Assembly: GCA_002269645.1 (NCBI GenBank)
Contig: NIVC01002701.1
Span: 84,834-148,833 of the forward strand
DNA: 64,000 nt
Source: Macrostomum lignano
Taxonomy: Eukaryota
Direction of reading: 5' to 3'
Shown here: piece after piece, positions 34,302 through 47,719 of the stretch
Position numbering within the stretch: the first letter of the stretch is position 1
Layout of the letters: each line of letters begins with the position of its first letter
Notes under the pieces: model-generated
What the model was told of the DNA's origin: nothing
The model's input: the letters and a program-made list of their open reading frames with translations, nothing else
The model's database searches: none
Position numbers and translations under genes: made by a program

Positions 34302-36423
34302 CCTCAAAGAATGAAGAAGATGAAGAAGAAGAAGAAGAAGAAGAAGCGATTTCGAAGCCAAAAATTTGTGCTGCTCATTCGGACGTGCTCAGTTCAAATG
34401 GGGATCTCCCGGCCAGTCAGTGACCGGCGCTGAGGCAATGCTGGTTAGGCAGGGGTGAAAGTGCCATCCCAGGGATTTGCACTCGGAGCTCAGTAGCTAA
34501 TCAGCAGCCTGCTCACACACCCAGACTCCTTGCGCGCTCCCTAAATTCTCTTTCTCTCCCCTTCCTTATTTCTTTTCTTTCCATTATCGAATCCCTGTTT
34601 ACTACTCAGTGCAGACTTGTGCAGATAACGCCAGTGCCTACAACTTCCTATGCCCTCGCCTAAGCCGCCTGCGCTTCCCTCTGTCTCTCTATCCCCCCTC
34701 CTCTTCCTCTGTTTCTTTATTTGAACTCGTTCAGTCGAGAGCGTGACCCGCGGCTCGCTGTAACCTGTCTTACCTCAGCTCAGCCTTTGTAACGCTTATT
34801 TTTGTAACCAAGGAGCCCTTGAAACGACAATCTGTATTGCCGATGCCGACCAACTCTTAGCGCAAGGCTAAGTTTAGAAAACGGACAGTTACAAAGCTGA
34901 AACCTGAAATCCTTCAGAGCAAAGATAAGTTGGGCCATAGACAACACGCAAATTTCTGACTGAGAAATTGCTAATTCCAATGTCTGCTGCTGTCGTTAGT
35001 AAACTGAAAGTTCACTGTATCCCTGCAAAGACGCTTTATAGAATTTAAATTCTCAGTTTTTGATAAAACTCAATCCGAGCATTTTCCCGGCATCTCTTTA
35101 GAAAACAATCGGATTCTAAACCATTTAACTCATCGGTTAGCAATCATGCGGCCCGGAAAGCCTCTCTATCCGGCCCTCAGGTCTTTTGAAACTTCACAAT
35201 AGCTCAAGGTTTGTGTCTCTTCTCAGCTCTTTTCTTTCTGATCTCCTCTCTTCTCTCTTCTCTCCTCTCCAGATCTTATAGTGTGCAGTTTGTACATGAA
35301 TGTAGGCGTTGTAAAAGTCGTTGCTGCTCCAAATTTTAGTTCGCGGTGTCCTTGGCTTGGCTTAGCAATCACCCGCGCCCCCTTTCCCAGGCTCGCGCAT
35401 GCTAATGACGCCTCCTGTCTGCACCTGGACACACGGCTGACTAATTAAATAGGCTTATCCTAATAAAAATAGTTGGAAAGCTGGGAGTTGCCTGGATATA
35501 GAAATGAATAAAAAACTCAAAGAGATCTATAACATATATAAATTTCATGGTCGTGTCGTGTAGTCTGCAATTAATTTTAATACCAGAGCATCTCATATTT
35601 AGGTAAACGGAAAATTTATTTCACCTTCTTGGGCAGAGCAGATCAACGGTAAACGCGTCTGACAGTCGCACAATCTCGAGTAATGTGATTGGAAGAAAGA
35701 AATAATTAAGAAAGGAGTTGTTACCGAAGGCTGTTGCGCCAGTGTGCTCAAAAGCCATCCTGACATACTCAGACTATCAATATTATTTTCCTGAATCACT
35801 AGGTTTTTAACTAACATTAGAGTATTCGAATACCTTCAAGTCTAGATGCACTACTGCGTATGCTATGCGTATGCGTATGCGTATATGCGTATGCGTATAT
35901 AGATATGCATGTGCTGACTAAGAGTGAAGACGCGGACACTGCGCTCCTAAGAGATTGAATCTCACTTTTGGAGACAAATTTAGCAGCTCGAAATGTACTC
36001 TGATTCTATCCTGCTTTGTTATATTTACTACTGTGCTTTGTTATATTGTTGTTTTTTCAAAACAAGCGTGTGGCTCTACTCCTGAACAGTAGTGTGTCAA
36101 GCCGTCCTATTTTTGACCATAGACTTCCAATTCAGAGTTTTGGAAGATAAGCATAAGCAGTCGCGGTTAAGAAGACTTACGTAGCTGAATCCGGGAACCC
36201 CAAAAACTGGACTCGTTAACTTGTAAAATTGGTTCGCAGCACAGCCTTGGTATAGAAAATTAGTTAAGAAATAAAGCAATAAACAACTCATCGATACAAA
36301 TTACACTGCATCGGTTCCATATTGACCTAAAACTTTACTCTAGTACAGGAGAAAATTTGACAGACAAATGTACTTCAGGGACGAGTGAATGATTTTGTGT
36401 GACAAGCAACGACAGTAAAATCT

Positions 36424-36907
36424 TCAGACACCAGTAGCCAAAGTGAAATATTCGTCTGCTGTGCCATAGTCACAGCCTCCGCTGTTGTTCGTTGTCTTCT
36501 CTTTTTCTGACATCAGCCGCCGCTGCTGCTGCTGCAGTTGCCAGGGTGCTTTGCAAGTTGACCCGCTGCTGTCGTCCCGTCGTAGGTTGCCATCGCCGTC
36601 GCCTCCAACATCGCCACCGTGGCCTCTGTACATGCAGTTCAACAGGCTTGGCAAACTCCGGCACAACAGTGTTTTAACTAGTAGCACCAGAACTTCGATT
36701 AGTTCGCAGAGACCAACCACCGACACGCCCAGGTACAGCCCCATTAGGCCGCCGATGTCGGATAGAAACTGCGACAGCGGGTACTCAGCCTCTTCAATTG
36801 TGACGTCGCCGCGATTCGAGGCCGCTGTGAGAATCAGATTGCTCACCTCCAGCTTGCCACGGCGCAGCAAGGCCCGACTGTTGGTTTCTGATTTCCCTGT
36901 CACCGAT
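36424..36907 (-). CDS. DEG/ENaC channel, last exon (pre-TM2, TM2, C-tail)
   Basis: EYPLSQFLSDIGGLMGLYLGVSVVGLCELIE (TM2 with GxS filter); TTCCAG acceptor at 36909-36908. Confidence 0.92.
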
Positions 36908-36969
36908 CTGGAATAAGAATTGGCCAATGATTAGCAATTCTGAGACAGAACTGGTTTTCAGCTGCAGAA

Positions 36970-39900
36970 CAGATCCTGGTTGATGAGATCCTGGTCCCTG
37001 ATCTGCAGCTGAAGCATGATGTTCCTGGTTGATGAGATCCTGGTCCCCGATCTGCAGCTGAAGCATGATGTTCCTGGTTGATGAGATCCTGGTCCCCGAT
37101 CTGCAGCTAAAGCATGATGTTCCTGGTTGATGAGATCCTGGTCCCCGATCTGCAGCTGAAGCATGATGTTCCTGGTTGATGAGATCCTGGTCCCCGATCT
37201 GCAGCTGAAGCATGATGTTCCTGGTTGATGAGATCCTGGTCCCCGATCTGCAGCTGAAGCATGATGTTCCTGGTTGATGAGATCCTGGTCCCCGATCTGC
37301 AGCTGAAGCATGATGTTCCTGGTTGATGAGATCCTGGTCCCCGATCTGCAGCTGAAGCATGATGTTCCTGGTTGATGAGATCCTGGTCCCCGATCTGCAG
37401 CTGAAGCATGATGTTCCTGGTTGATGAGATCCTGGTCCCCGATCTGCAGCTGAAGCATGATGTTCCTGGTTGATGAGATCCTGGTCCCCGATCTGCAGCT
37501 GAAGCATGATGTTCCTGGTTGATGAGATCCTGGTCCCTGATCTGCAGCTGAAGCATGATGTTCCTGGTTGATGAGATCCTGGTCCCCGATCTGCAGCTGA
37601 AGCATGATGTTCCTGGTTGATGAGATCCTGGTCCCCGATCTGCAGCTGAAGCATGATGTTCCTGGTTGATGAGATCCTGGTCCCCGATCTGCAGCTGAAG
37701 CATGATGTTCCTGGTTGATGAGATCCTGGTCCCCGATCTGCAGCTGAAGCATGATGTTCCTGGTTGATGAGATCCTGGTCCCCGATCTGCAGCTGAAGCA
37801 TGATGTTCCTGGTTGATGAGATCCTGGTCCCCGATCTGCAGCTGAAGCATGATGTTCCTGGTTGATGAGATCCTGGTCCCTGATCTGCAGCTGAAGCATG
37901 ATGTTCCTGGTTGATGAGATCCTGGTCCCCGATCTGCAGCTAAAGCATGATGTTCCTGGTTGATGAGATCCTGGTCTCTGATCTGCAGCTGAAGCATGAT
38001 GTTCCTGGTTGATGAGATCCTGGTCCCCGATCTGCAGCTGAAGCATGATGTTCCTGGTTGATGAGATCCTGGTCCCCGATCTGCAGCTGAAGCATGATGT
38101 TCCTGGTTGATGAGATCCTGGTCCCTGATCTGCAGCTGAAGCATGATGTTCCTGGTTGATGAGATCCTGGTCCCCGATCTGCAGCTGAAGCATAATGTTC
38201 CTGGTTGATGAGATCCAGGTCCCTGATCTGCAGCTGAAGCATGATGTTCCTGGTTGATGAGATCCTGGTCCCCGATCTGCAGCTAAAGCATGATGTTCCT
38301 GGTTGATGAGATCCTGGTCCCCGATCTGCAGCTGAAGCATGATGTTCCTGGTTGATGAGATCCTGGTCCCCGATCTGCAGCTGAAGCATGATGTTCCTGG
38401 TTGATGAGATCCTGGTCCCTGATCTGCAGCTGAAGCATGATGTTCCTGGTTGATGAGATCCTGGTCCCCGATCTGCAGCTAAAGCATGATGTTCCTGGTT
38501 GATGAGATCCTGGTCTCTGATCTGCAGCTGAAGCATGATGTTCCTGGTTGATGAGATCCTGGTCCCTGATCTGCAGCTGAAGCATGATGTTCCTGGTTGA
38601 TGAGATCCTGGTCCCCGATCTGCAGCTGAAGCATGATGTTCCTGGTTGATGAGATCCTGGTCCCCGATCTGCAGCTAAAGCATGATGTTCCTGGTTGATG
38701 AGATCCTGGTCTCTGATCTGCAGCTGAAGCATGATGTTCCTGGTTGATGAGATCCTGGTCCCTGATCTGCAGCTGAAGCATGATGTTCCTGGTTGATGAG
38801 ATCCTGGTCCCCGATCTGCAGCTGAAGCATGATGTTCCTGGTTGATGAGATCCTGGTCCCTGATCTGCAGCTGAAGCATGATGTTCCTGGTTGATGAGAT
38901 CCTGGTCCCCGATCTGCAGCTGAAGCATGATGTTCCTGGTTGATGAGATCCTGGTCTCTGATCTGCAGCTGAAGCATGATGTTCCTGGTTGATGAGATCC
39001 TGGTCCCCGATCTGCAGCTGAAGCATGATGTTCCTGGTTGATGAGATCCTGGTCTCTGATCTGCAGCTGAAGCATGATGTTCCTGGTTGATGAGATCCTG
39101 GTCCCCGATCTGCAGCTGAAGCATGATGTTCCTGGTTGATGAGATCCTGGTCCCTGATCTGCAGCTGAAGCATGATGTTCCTGGTTGATGAGATCCTGGT
39201 CCCCGATCTGCAGCTAAAGCATGATGTTCCTGGTTGATGAGATCCTGGTCCCCGATCTGCAGCTAAAGCATGATGTTCCTGGTTGATGAGATCCTGGTCC
39301 CCGATCTGCAGCTGAAGCATGATGTTCCTGGTTGATGAGATCCTGGTCCCCGATCTGCAGCTGAAGCATGATGTTCCTGGTTGATGAGATCCTGGTCCCC
39401 GATCTGCAGCTGAAGCATGATGTTCCTGGTTGATGAGATCCTGGTCCCCGATCTGCAGCTGAAGCATGATGTTCCTGGTTGATGAGATCCTGGTCCCTGA
39501 TCTGCAGCTGAAGCATGATGTTCCTGGTTGATGAGATCCTGGTCCCTGATCTGCAGCTGAAGCATGATGTTCCTGGTTGATGAGATCCTGGTCCCCGATC
39601 TGCAGCTGAAGCATGATGTTCCTGGTTGATGAGATCCTGGTCCCCGATCTGCAGCTGAAGCATGATGTTCCTGGTTGATGAGATCCTGGTCCCTGATCTG
39701 CAGCTGAAGCATGATGTTCCTGGTTGATGAGATCCTGGTCCCTGATCTGCAGCTGAAGCATGATGTTCCTGGTTGATGAGATCCTGGTCTCTGATCTGCA
39801 GCTGAAGCATGATGTTCCTGGTTGATGAGATCCTGGTCCCCGATCTGCAGCTAAAGCATGATGTTCCTGGTTGATGAGATCCTGGTCCCCGATCTGCAGC

Positions 39901-41672
39901 TGAAGCATGATGTTCCTGGTTGATGAGATCCTGGTCCCCGATCTGCAGCTGAAGCATGATGTTCCTGGTTGATGAGATCCTGGTCCCCGATCTGCAGCTA
40001 AAGCATGATGTTCCTGGTTGATGAGATCCTGGTCTCTGATCTGCAGCTGAAGCATGATGTTCCTGGTTGATGAGATCCTGGTCCCCGATCTGCAGCTAAA
40101 GCATGATGTTCCTGGTTGATGAGATCCTGGTCCCCGATCTGCAGCTAAAGCATGATGTTCCTGGTTGATGAGATCCTGGTCCCCGATCTGCAGCTGAAGC
40201 ATGATGTTCCTGGTTGATGAGATCCTGGTCCCCGATCTGCAGCTGAAGCATGATGTTCCTGGTTGATGAGATCCTGGTCCCCGATCTGCAGCTAAAGCAT
40301 GATGTTCCTGGTTGATGAGATCCTGGTCCCCGATCTGCAGCTGAAGCATGATGTTCCTGGTTGATGAGATCCTGGTCCCCGATCTGCAGCTAAAGCATGA
40401 TGTTCCTGGTTGATGAGATCCTGGTCCCCGATCTGCAGCTGAAGCATGATGTTCCTGGTTGATGAGATCCTGGTCCCCGATCTGCAGCTGAAGCATGATG
40501 TTCCTGGTTGATGAGATCCTGGTCCCTGATCTGCAGCTGAAGCATGATGTTCCTGGTTGATGAGATCCTGGTCCCTGATCTGCAGCTGAAGCATGATGTT
40601 CCTGGTTGATGAGATCCTGGTCTCTGATCTGCAGCTGAAGCATGATGTTCCTGGTTGATGAGATCCTGGTCCCCGATCTGCAGCTAAAGCATGATGTTCC
40701 TGGTTGATGAGATCCTGGTCCCCGATCTGCAGCTGAAGCATGATGTTCCTGGTTGATGAGATCCTGGTCCCCGATCTGCAGCTGAAGCATGATGTTCCTG
40801 GTTGATGAGATCCTGGTCCCCGATCTGCAGCTAAAGCATGATGTTCCTGGTTGATGAGATCCTGGTCTCTGATCTGCAGCTGAAGCATGATGTTCCTGGT
40901 TGATGAGATCCTGGTCCCCGATCTGCAGCTAAAGCATGATGTTCCTGGTTGATGAGATCCTGGTCCCCGATCTGCAGCTAAAGCATGATGTTCCTGGTTG
41001 ATGAGATCCTGGTCCCCGATCTGCAGCTGAAGCATGATGTTCCTGGTTGATGAGATCCTGGTCCCCGATCTGCAGCTGAAGCATGATGTTCCTGGTTGAT
41101 GAGATCCTGGTCCCCGATCTGCAGCTAAAGCATGATGTTCCTGGTTGATGAGATCCTGGTCCCCGATCTGCAGCTGAAGCATGATGTTCCTGGTTGATGA
41201 GATCCTGGTCCCCGATCTGCAGCTAAAGCATGATGTTCCTGGTTGATGAGATCCTGGTCTCTGATCTGCAGCTGAAGCATGATGTTCCTGGTTGATGAGA
41301 TCCTGGTCCCCGATCTGCAGCTGAAGCATGATGTTCCTGGTTGATGAGATCCTGGTCTCTGATCTGCAGCTGAAGCATGATGTTCCTGGTTGATGAGATC
41401 CTGGTCCCCGATCTGCAGCTGAAGCATGATGTTCCTGGTTGATGAGATCCTGGTCCCCGATCTGCAGCTAAAGCATGATGTTCCTGGTTGATGAGATCCT
41501 GGTCCCTGATCTGCAGCTGAAGCATGATGTTCCTGGTTGATGAGATCCTGGTCTCTGATCTGCAGCTGAAGCATGATGTTCCTGGTTGATGAGATCCTGG
41601 TCCCCGATCTGCAGCTGAAGCATGATGTTCCTGGTTGATGAGATCCTGGTCCCCGATCTGCAGCTAAAGCAT
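36970..41672. repeat. 49-bp satellite (CTGGTCCCCGATCTGCAGCTGAAGCATGATGTTCCTGGTTGATGAGATC)n, ~96 copies, in the ENaC intron
   Basis: Directly visible; produces the MLQLQIGDQDLINQEHH ORF family. Confidence 0.98.
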
Positions 41673-42216
41673 GGTGTCTGCAAGGTTGGGTCGCAAGCCT
41701 GGAGAACGCACGCCCGCTGTGTCGGTGAGGAACAAGGCCGAGCAACTGGCCAGGACAGCAAACTGTTGTTTTGTAAAACGTTTGCTGCTGTTTCAAAAAT
41801 ATGGCATCAGTGCTGTAGACCACCGGACAACCCTCGTATTTTCAGATTTTACAGCCAAGAATAAAAAATTTCAGAATTTCAGAGATGCTTTCTGAAGTTA
41901 CGAGCGTAACTTTGCAGCGAAAATTCGCGGGTGAAGAATTTCTCGACTAAATAAACTCTGGTGATTGCAGGTAGCAATACCACACTGATATATCTTATAT
42001 CGGTAGGTAACAATACCGATCCGAATCCAACGTACTTTTATTTTCAGTCGTTGCCCCAGCGTTAATTTATTTGTCTGTGTCCTAAACAGCTACCGATTGA
42101 CTCTATAAAGGCTTGCCTTGACTGATATCGTTAAACAAAATATACATTCAACTTAAGCTATGTTCTTTTAATAAAAGCCTTCGGCTCAACGCTGAATCAA
42201 CGCATAAAACACAACA

Positions 42217-43050
42217 ATGGCGTCGCAGTCGCTTGGCGAACTGCCGATCGAGCTCAAACCTGGATGACTGCCTTCCAAGCGCTGGCCCGAGCAAAAGACT
42301 GGACTGATAGTGATGGAAAGAAGACCATCGCAGACAACTTTTTGGTGCACTGCGGGCTCACAGCCTTGGAGAAGATCCAAAGCATAATCGCCCCTAAATC
42401 TGTGACCGACCTGACCTTTGATGAAATCAACACTGCCGTGCAGGCGTACCTAAAGCCAAAGGAAAAGCTGGTCATCGCTGAACGCGTTCGTTTCTTTGCC
42501 ATGCGGCAAGCACCAAACGAATCAATCTCTGACTTCGTTAGCCGACTTCGTCGTGCCGCTAAGGACTGTAAGTTTGATGATTTGAAGACATCCACCAGTC
42601 CTCTCGAGGAATTGCTCCAAATGGCGCTATAATTTCTGGGCTCAGCATTGTAAACCAACAACAACGCGTTCTGGAGGCCACTCAAATCAAATCATTCCAG
42701 TCGGTTCCCGAAATTGTGGACTTTATTCGCGACCTAGAGCAGGTGGCGGCTTTTGTGTCCACAAAATCAAGCGACTTTGACTCAGCCGGCTCCTTCGATC
42801 CAAAGACACGAAGCCTCTGTGCATTTACTCGCAGCGGCATAATGGAAATCCGAGTGTCAAGGACTGTCGTTACTGCGGTAAAGCACATTCGGAAGGAAAA
42901 TGCCCGGCTCTTGGCAAGCTCTGTTTGAAATGTGGTAAGAAAAATCACTTCGCCAGCGTATGTCGCTCATCATCTGCACGGCCTGTGCACCAATTCACTG
43001 ACCCATCAGCTCATTAAATAGACAATGAGCCACATGAGAAGAATTCCCTT
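42217..43050 (+). pseudogene. gag: Mag-type gag with frameshifts
   Basis: ERVRFFAMRQAPNESISDFVSRLRRAAKDCKF; double Cys-His knuckle near 42870-42965. Confidence 0.85.
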
Positions 43051-45900
43051 ATGCATCTCAGCGACGTGGGCACTGTCCACGCTGTCAACGTGGCCACCGA
43101 GCCACTTATTATCGATGGCAAGACCGTCAACATGCAGATCGATACAGGCGCCTCCGTCTCCGTGCTCTCCAGTTCGCAATGTGAACGACTGGGTCAACCC
43201 TCACTGCAGAAGTGTTTTCGGCGGCTAGAAGCCTTTGATGGTCACGTGATGAAGTCACTCGGAAAGCTGGCAACCACGGTTGAACTACGAGGTCATCTGC
43301 ACCCTGCAGAGCTCATTGTGGTCAACTCGAACAAACCATATGACTTGCTTGGTCGCGATCTGTTGGACGCGGAGGACCTCTTTCACACCACAAGTGTGCC
43401 CCAGAACAAAGCCCGCGTAGTTGAGCCATTGCCTACCATAAAAGGCGCAAAAGCTCGCATGGAGGTTGTTGACGGTGCCAGACCCAGATTCTGCCGAGCT
43501 CGATCCGTGCCTATTGCAATGGAGGAGCAGATTAACGCCGAACTCGACCGCTTGCAACAGCTAGGAGTAATTGAACCCATCGAGGGACCCGTGAGCAATG
43601 CGTCGCCCGTGGTGTGGGTGAAAAAGAAAGACGGCACTTTGCGCATGTGTACCGATTACAGCGTACACGTGAATGAGAAAATCAAGTCCGACTCGCATCC
43701 GATCGCCAATGTAGAAATTCTTTTCTTGCGCTTGAAAAACGCAAAAGTCTTCGCCACCGTCGACCTCCGATCGGCCTACTGGCAAATTGAACTGGATGAA
43801 GCGGCCAGAGATCTCTCCATCATCAACACGTCGCGTGGACTGTACCGAGTAAACAGACTGCAAATGGGGATGAAAATCGCCTCGCTCATCTTCCAGAGAA
43901 CTATGGAATCGATTTTGTCAGACATCAAAGGACTGCTGATTTATCAAGACGACATCCTGGTGCACGCACCAGATGCGGCTACTCTAGAAAAGCGTCTTGC
44001 CGCGGTGCGCACCCGACTACAGGAAAAGCGCGTCACCATCAACGAGTCCAAGTGCATCAGCTACACCGATTCCATCTCTTTTCTTGGATTCAAGATCTCT
44101 GCCGCCGGAATCCAGCCAGACGAACGGCTTGTTGAAAAAGTCAGACATGTTTCCGCACCGACAAACAAATCTGAGCTCGCGAGCTTTTTGGGACTGGTCA
44201 ACTTCTTTGGGAGACTGATTCCGAACTTCGCTCGAAAGACCGCTCCTCTTAACCATCTGCGAAAATCCAACGTCAACTTTGACTGGACCGACGAGTGCTC
44301 TCGAGCTTTTAATAATCTCAAAGCTGAAATCGCCTCTGCGTTAATAGTGCAGCCTTATAGCCTATCAAAGGAGCTGACTCTAACAACGGATGCCTCAAAG
44401 AGCTTAATAGCCGCCGTAGTGACTCAGGAAGGGCATCCCGTAATATTTGTATCGAGGACGCTGTCATCCGCCGAATCAAATTACTCAAATATTGAGCGCG
44501 AGGCCCTCGCCATCTTCTGGGCCGTCGCTCCACTGAAGCAATTCCTTCATGGCCGTCACTTCACAATCAAAACAGATCATCAGCCACTGACTCGCCTTTT
44601 CCGCGGTGGCATCCATCTGAACACATCGGCGAGAATCGGGCGCTGGGCTATGCATCTCATGCAGTTTGACTTCAACATTAAGTACGTGCGAGGCAGCGAC
44701 ATTCCACACGCTGACGCTCTATCTCGGCTCCGCTTTGATAACCCTTCAGCAGAAGACAAGGAAACGTTTGATGCCATCAACGTCGTGGTATTTGAATCAC
44801 CGGTGATCGAGGCCGGAAGAATTTTGACAGAAATGGACGCAGACCCGTTCACCCAGAAGATTCTAATGAGAGTACGCAATGGAAACTGGCAAGGTTGCTC
44901 GCAGGCAGAGTCAAGCCTCAAAGCCATTTCCGAAAAGCTAACGCTGGAAAACGGCCTTCTTTACATGCAGAGGAGGGTTTACATCCCCCCACGGTTGCAC
45001 CGGGCCGCCTTTGACGCAATCCATGACACCCACTCTGGAATTCAGGCCTCATACAACCTGCTTTCAGCGTCTTGCTGGTAGCCTGGGATGCAACAGGATG
45101 TGTCACAATTTGTCCAACGCTGCCCGGTCTGCAGCCGCCTACGACCGCGTGTCGGCCACGACAGGGATCGATGGCCTGCCCCGGACTAACCATTCCAACG
45201 CATTCACATGGACTGGGCGCATGTAAGAGGAGCTGGCGACATACTGATTATCGTTGACGCTCATTCTGGCTGAATAGAAGCGTTTCCCTGCCAAAACAGA
45301 GTGGCCAGCACTGTCCAGCGGTGCCTCTGCGCCGTCTTTGCACGCTTTGGTATGGCTGAGCTGGTTGTGTCAGACAACGCACCCGAATTTGTGGCCGATA
45401 GCCCCAACGCATGGCTGCGCGCACAAATGGAATCACCCGCCTACTTTCGCGGAGAGGGCAGTGCAGACCGTTAAATCTGCGCTGCGCGCATGGTCGGAAA
45501 GAATAACACACATGGAATTCCCATTCTACCTGCAAAAAGTGCTCATGCACCATCGCAGCTCCTCGAGAAGCCGCGGTCAGTGCCCAGCCGAGTTGGTGCT
45601 TGGTAGACGCCTTCGTGTGCCGGTCGTCTCACAGTTCGAGCAAGGAGACAACGTCATCTACCAGCCGCAGAAATCAACTCAGGGAAGCCAGGCTACATTT
45701 CTAATGACTGCTGGGCACAATACGGCATGGATTCTAGAAGATGAGAGCCTGGAGCTGGCCAGCACCAATCAGTTGGCTCCATCGATTCCACAGCAGGACG
45801 CCCTTACAGCGGACGAAGAGGAAGCGTCTGACAATCTGCCTGTGCAACAGCTCCCCAATCTGCCTGTGCAACAGCCCCCGCTGCAAATGACGGCCGGAGA
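43051..45900 (+). pseudogene. pol: Mag-type pol (PR-RT-RH-IN) with stops and frameshifts in integrase
   Basis: IDTGAS, ATVDLRSAYWQI, YQDD, TTDAS, TDH, HADALSR, HDTHSG, VSDNAPEF; stops at 45079 and 45271. Confidence 0.92.
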
Positions 45901-46485
45901 ATAGCAGGCGCCAACGACCCATGAGTAGGATGCCCCAAAGCAACCGAATGACAACCCGATGCGCCGAAGCTCGCGAAATCGTCGGGCCCCTGATCGATTT
46001 GTGCCGTAATTGCTGAACAGCATAGACGCTGATTAATCCCTAACTTTCAACGAATTCGCCGTTAACTTCGTTAAGCACCAAGCTCCCTAAGTCACCCGTT
46101 CATACTGAAACCCACTAATCAATAACCATCAACGCTTTACTGTTGCAGTTCTCTTTTCCTAGAGGGGGACATGTTGTATACCGATCCGAATCCAACGTAT
46201 TTTTATTTTCAGTCGTTGCCCCAGCGTTAATTTATTTGTCTGTGTCCCAAACAGCTACCGACTGACTCTATAAAGGCTTGCCTTGACTTATATCGTTAAA
46301 CAAAATATACATTCAACTTAAGCTATGCGTTTTTAATAAAAGCCTTCGGCTCAACGCTGAAAAAACGCTGAAACGCATAAAACACAACACACACATTGAC
46401 TACGTCAATGCGATGTCTGAAAGTTTAGGCCTACGCTCTATTTTACGATTTTAGTAATAAAGTTTAGGAATTGAGCAATACGAAC

Positions 46486-46647
46486 TTTAACACGTCCGCA
46501 ATGAAGTGCAGCCTGGCCGGATTGGCCATTTCTGACCACATCTCCCTGTACATTTCGCGCTGACTGTCCACATCCCAGGTCAGACTGTCGCATTCCGGCC
46601 TCTTCAGATGGTCGCACTGGCGCTCAAGTAGCGGTCTGAAGTTCGAC
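46486..46647 (-). CDS. DEG/ENaC channel, middle exon (cysteine-rich domain end)
   Basis: TTACAG|G acceptor in phase with exon 1; SNFRPLLERQCDHLKRPECDSLTWDVDS...; the donor position (AA|GTTCGT) is uncertain. Confidence 0.7.
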
Positions 46648-47719
46648 CTGTAAATATTATGTATGAGCGTATTTGACGCTAGAGTTGAATCAGCGAAATA
46701 AAAAACTCCGCTTTCTTAGAACCCCATTTCTTGATTGCAGTTCGGCCTACATTTGTGTCAGTCTAGCAAAATAATATTGGCATGTCTGGATCAGCTCGGC
46801 ATTAAAACAATTGTTCAACGTCATTCCTGTGCGAACTCTCATGGACTAGAACCAGCTGTCAATCTGCGAACATGGAGTTGCATTCAGACTTTAGGGCCTA
46901 AGGAAAACATCGATGCCGGAATAGCTGAGGGAATTAAGTGAGTTTAAAGGATAGCAATATCTAGAATTGATTAGGCTACTTCGCTCTTATGAGGCGTGCT
47001 ACTTTGAGCATGGATTTATTGCTGGTTATAAATAGTCGTCAAGATTTAAATCTATATTTTCTGTGCTTCGAATCCTTGCAATATTTTTTACTATCGGGAA
47101 CTCCGAGAAAATGTCAATTTTATTGACCAATCAGGAAGCCCGCAAGACATCAGCCATCGCTCATACGAGCGTATCCAGCATTTACTGGCTTAATTTGATT
47201 TTCGAAAGTCACAAGTCCAAGAGAATGAAAAAAGTTTTTATTCTTTGCATCATAAAACTGCATAATTGACTATATCCTTGACAGTTGTCCGTTTAGAAAG
47301 CCCTTAAAACCGAAGCAATAATTTATTTCAGTTCTATATTAGAAATCCCCCAGACTGACTCGTACGTTTTAGTTGTAGCATTGTAATAAGTGTACTGCTT
47401 GCAAAATAAGTATAACATTGATTTGGTACTGCAGCACTGATTATTAAGTCAAGATCCGGGCCCAAAGAGAAAAGCGAGCAGGCATTTTCCGTGATTTATT
47501 AGCTGCAGCTGCTGCTAATAAATTATCTCAGGGGGTGGGCCTTGCCTTGCCTTTGCGATCTCAGGGGGATCACAAATTAGAAAAGTAGAAAATTGATCTT
47601 TAGAATTTAAATGCGAAAGCATCAGCATAAAAAGCTTTGCTTTCAAATGACAAATAAAATAACATTTTATTACATCCTGGTCCTGACTAAGACGACCGGA
47701 TCGTAAAACCAAAACTTAC

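Larger units (their letters stand above)
42013..46389 (+). mobile_element. Mag-clade Ty3/Gypsy LTR retrotransposon, near full length, inactivated, antisense in the ENaC intron
   Basis: LTRs 42013-42216 and 46172-46389 (TGTTG...CAACA; ~6 substitutions plus an indel); TGGCG PBS-like motif overlapping the gag ATG; PPT AGAGGGGG before the 3' LTR. Confidence 0.95.

Noticed and set aside
36970-41672. Hammerhead ribozyme in the 49-bp unit (TGATGAG followed by an AGATC/GATCT hairpin)
   Set aside because: The core needs CUGAUGA...GAAA; the unit has UUGAUGA and no GAAA after the stem.
36794-41823. Long repetitive ORFs (MLQLQIGDQDLINQEHH...) as stand-alone genes
   Set aside because: They arise from a stop-poor 49-bp unit rotating through all three frames; there is no independent start or promoter context.
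45079-45273. APOBEC-type G-to-A hypermutation of the Mag element (TGG to TAG and TGA)
   Set aside because: Only two sites; a family consensus would be needed to show a bias.
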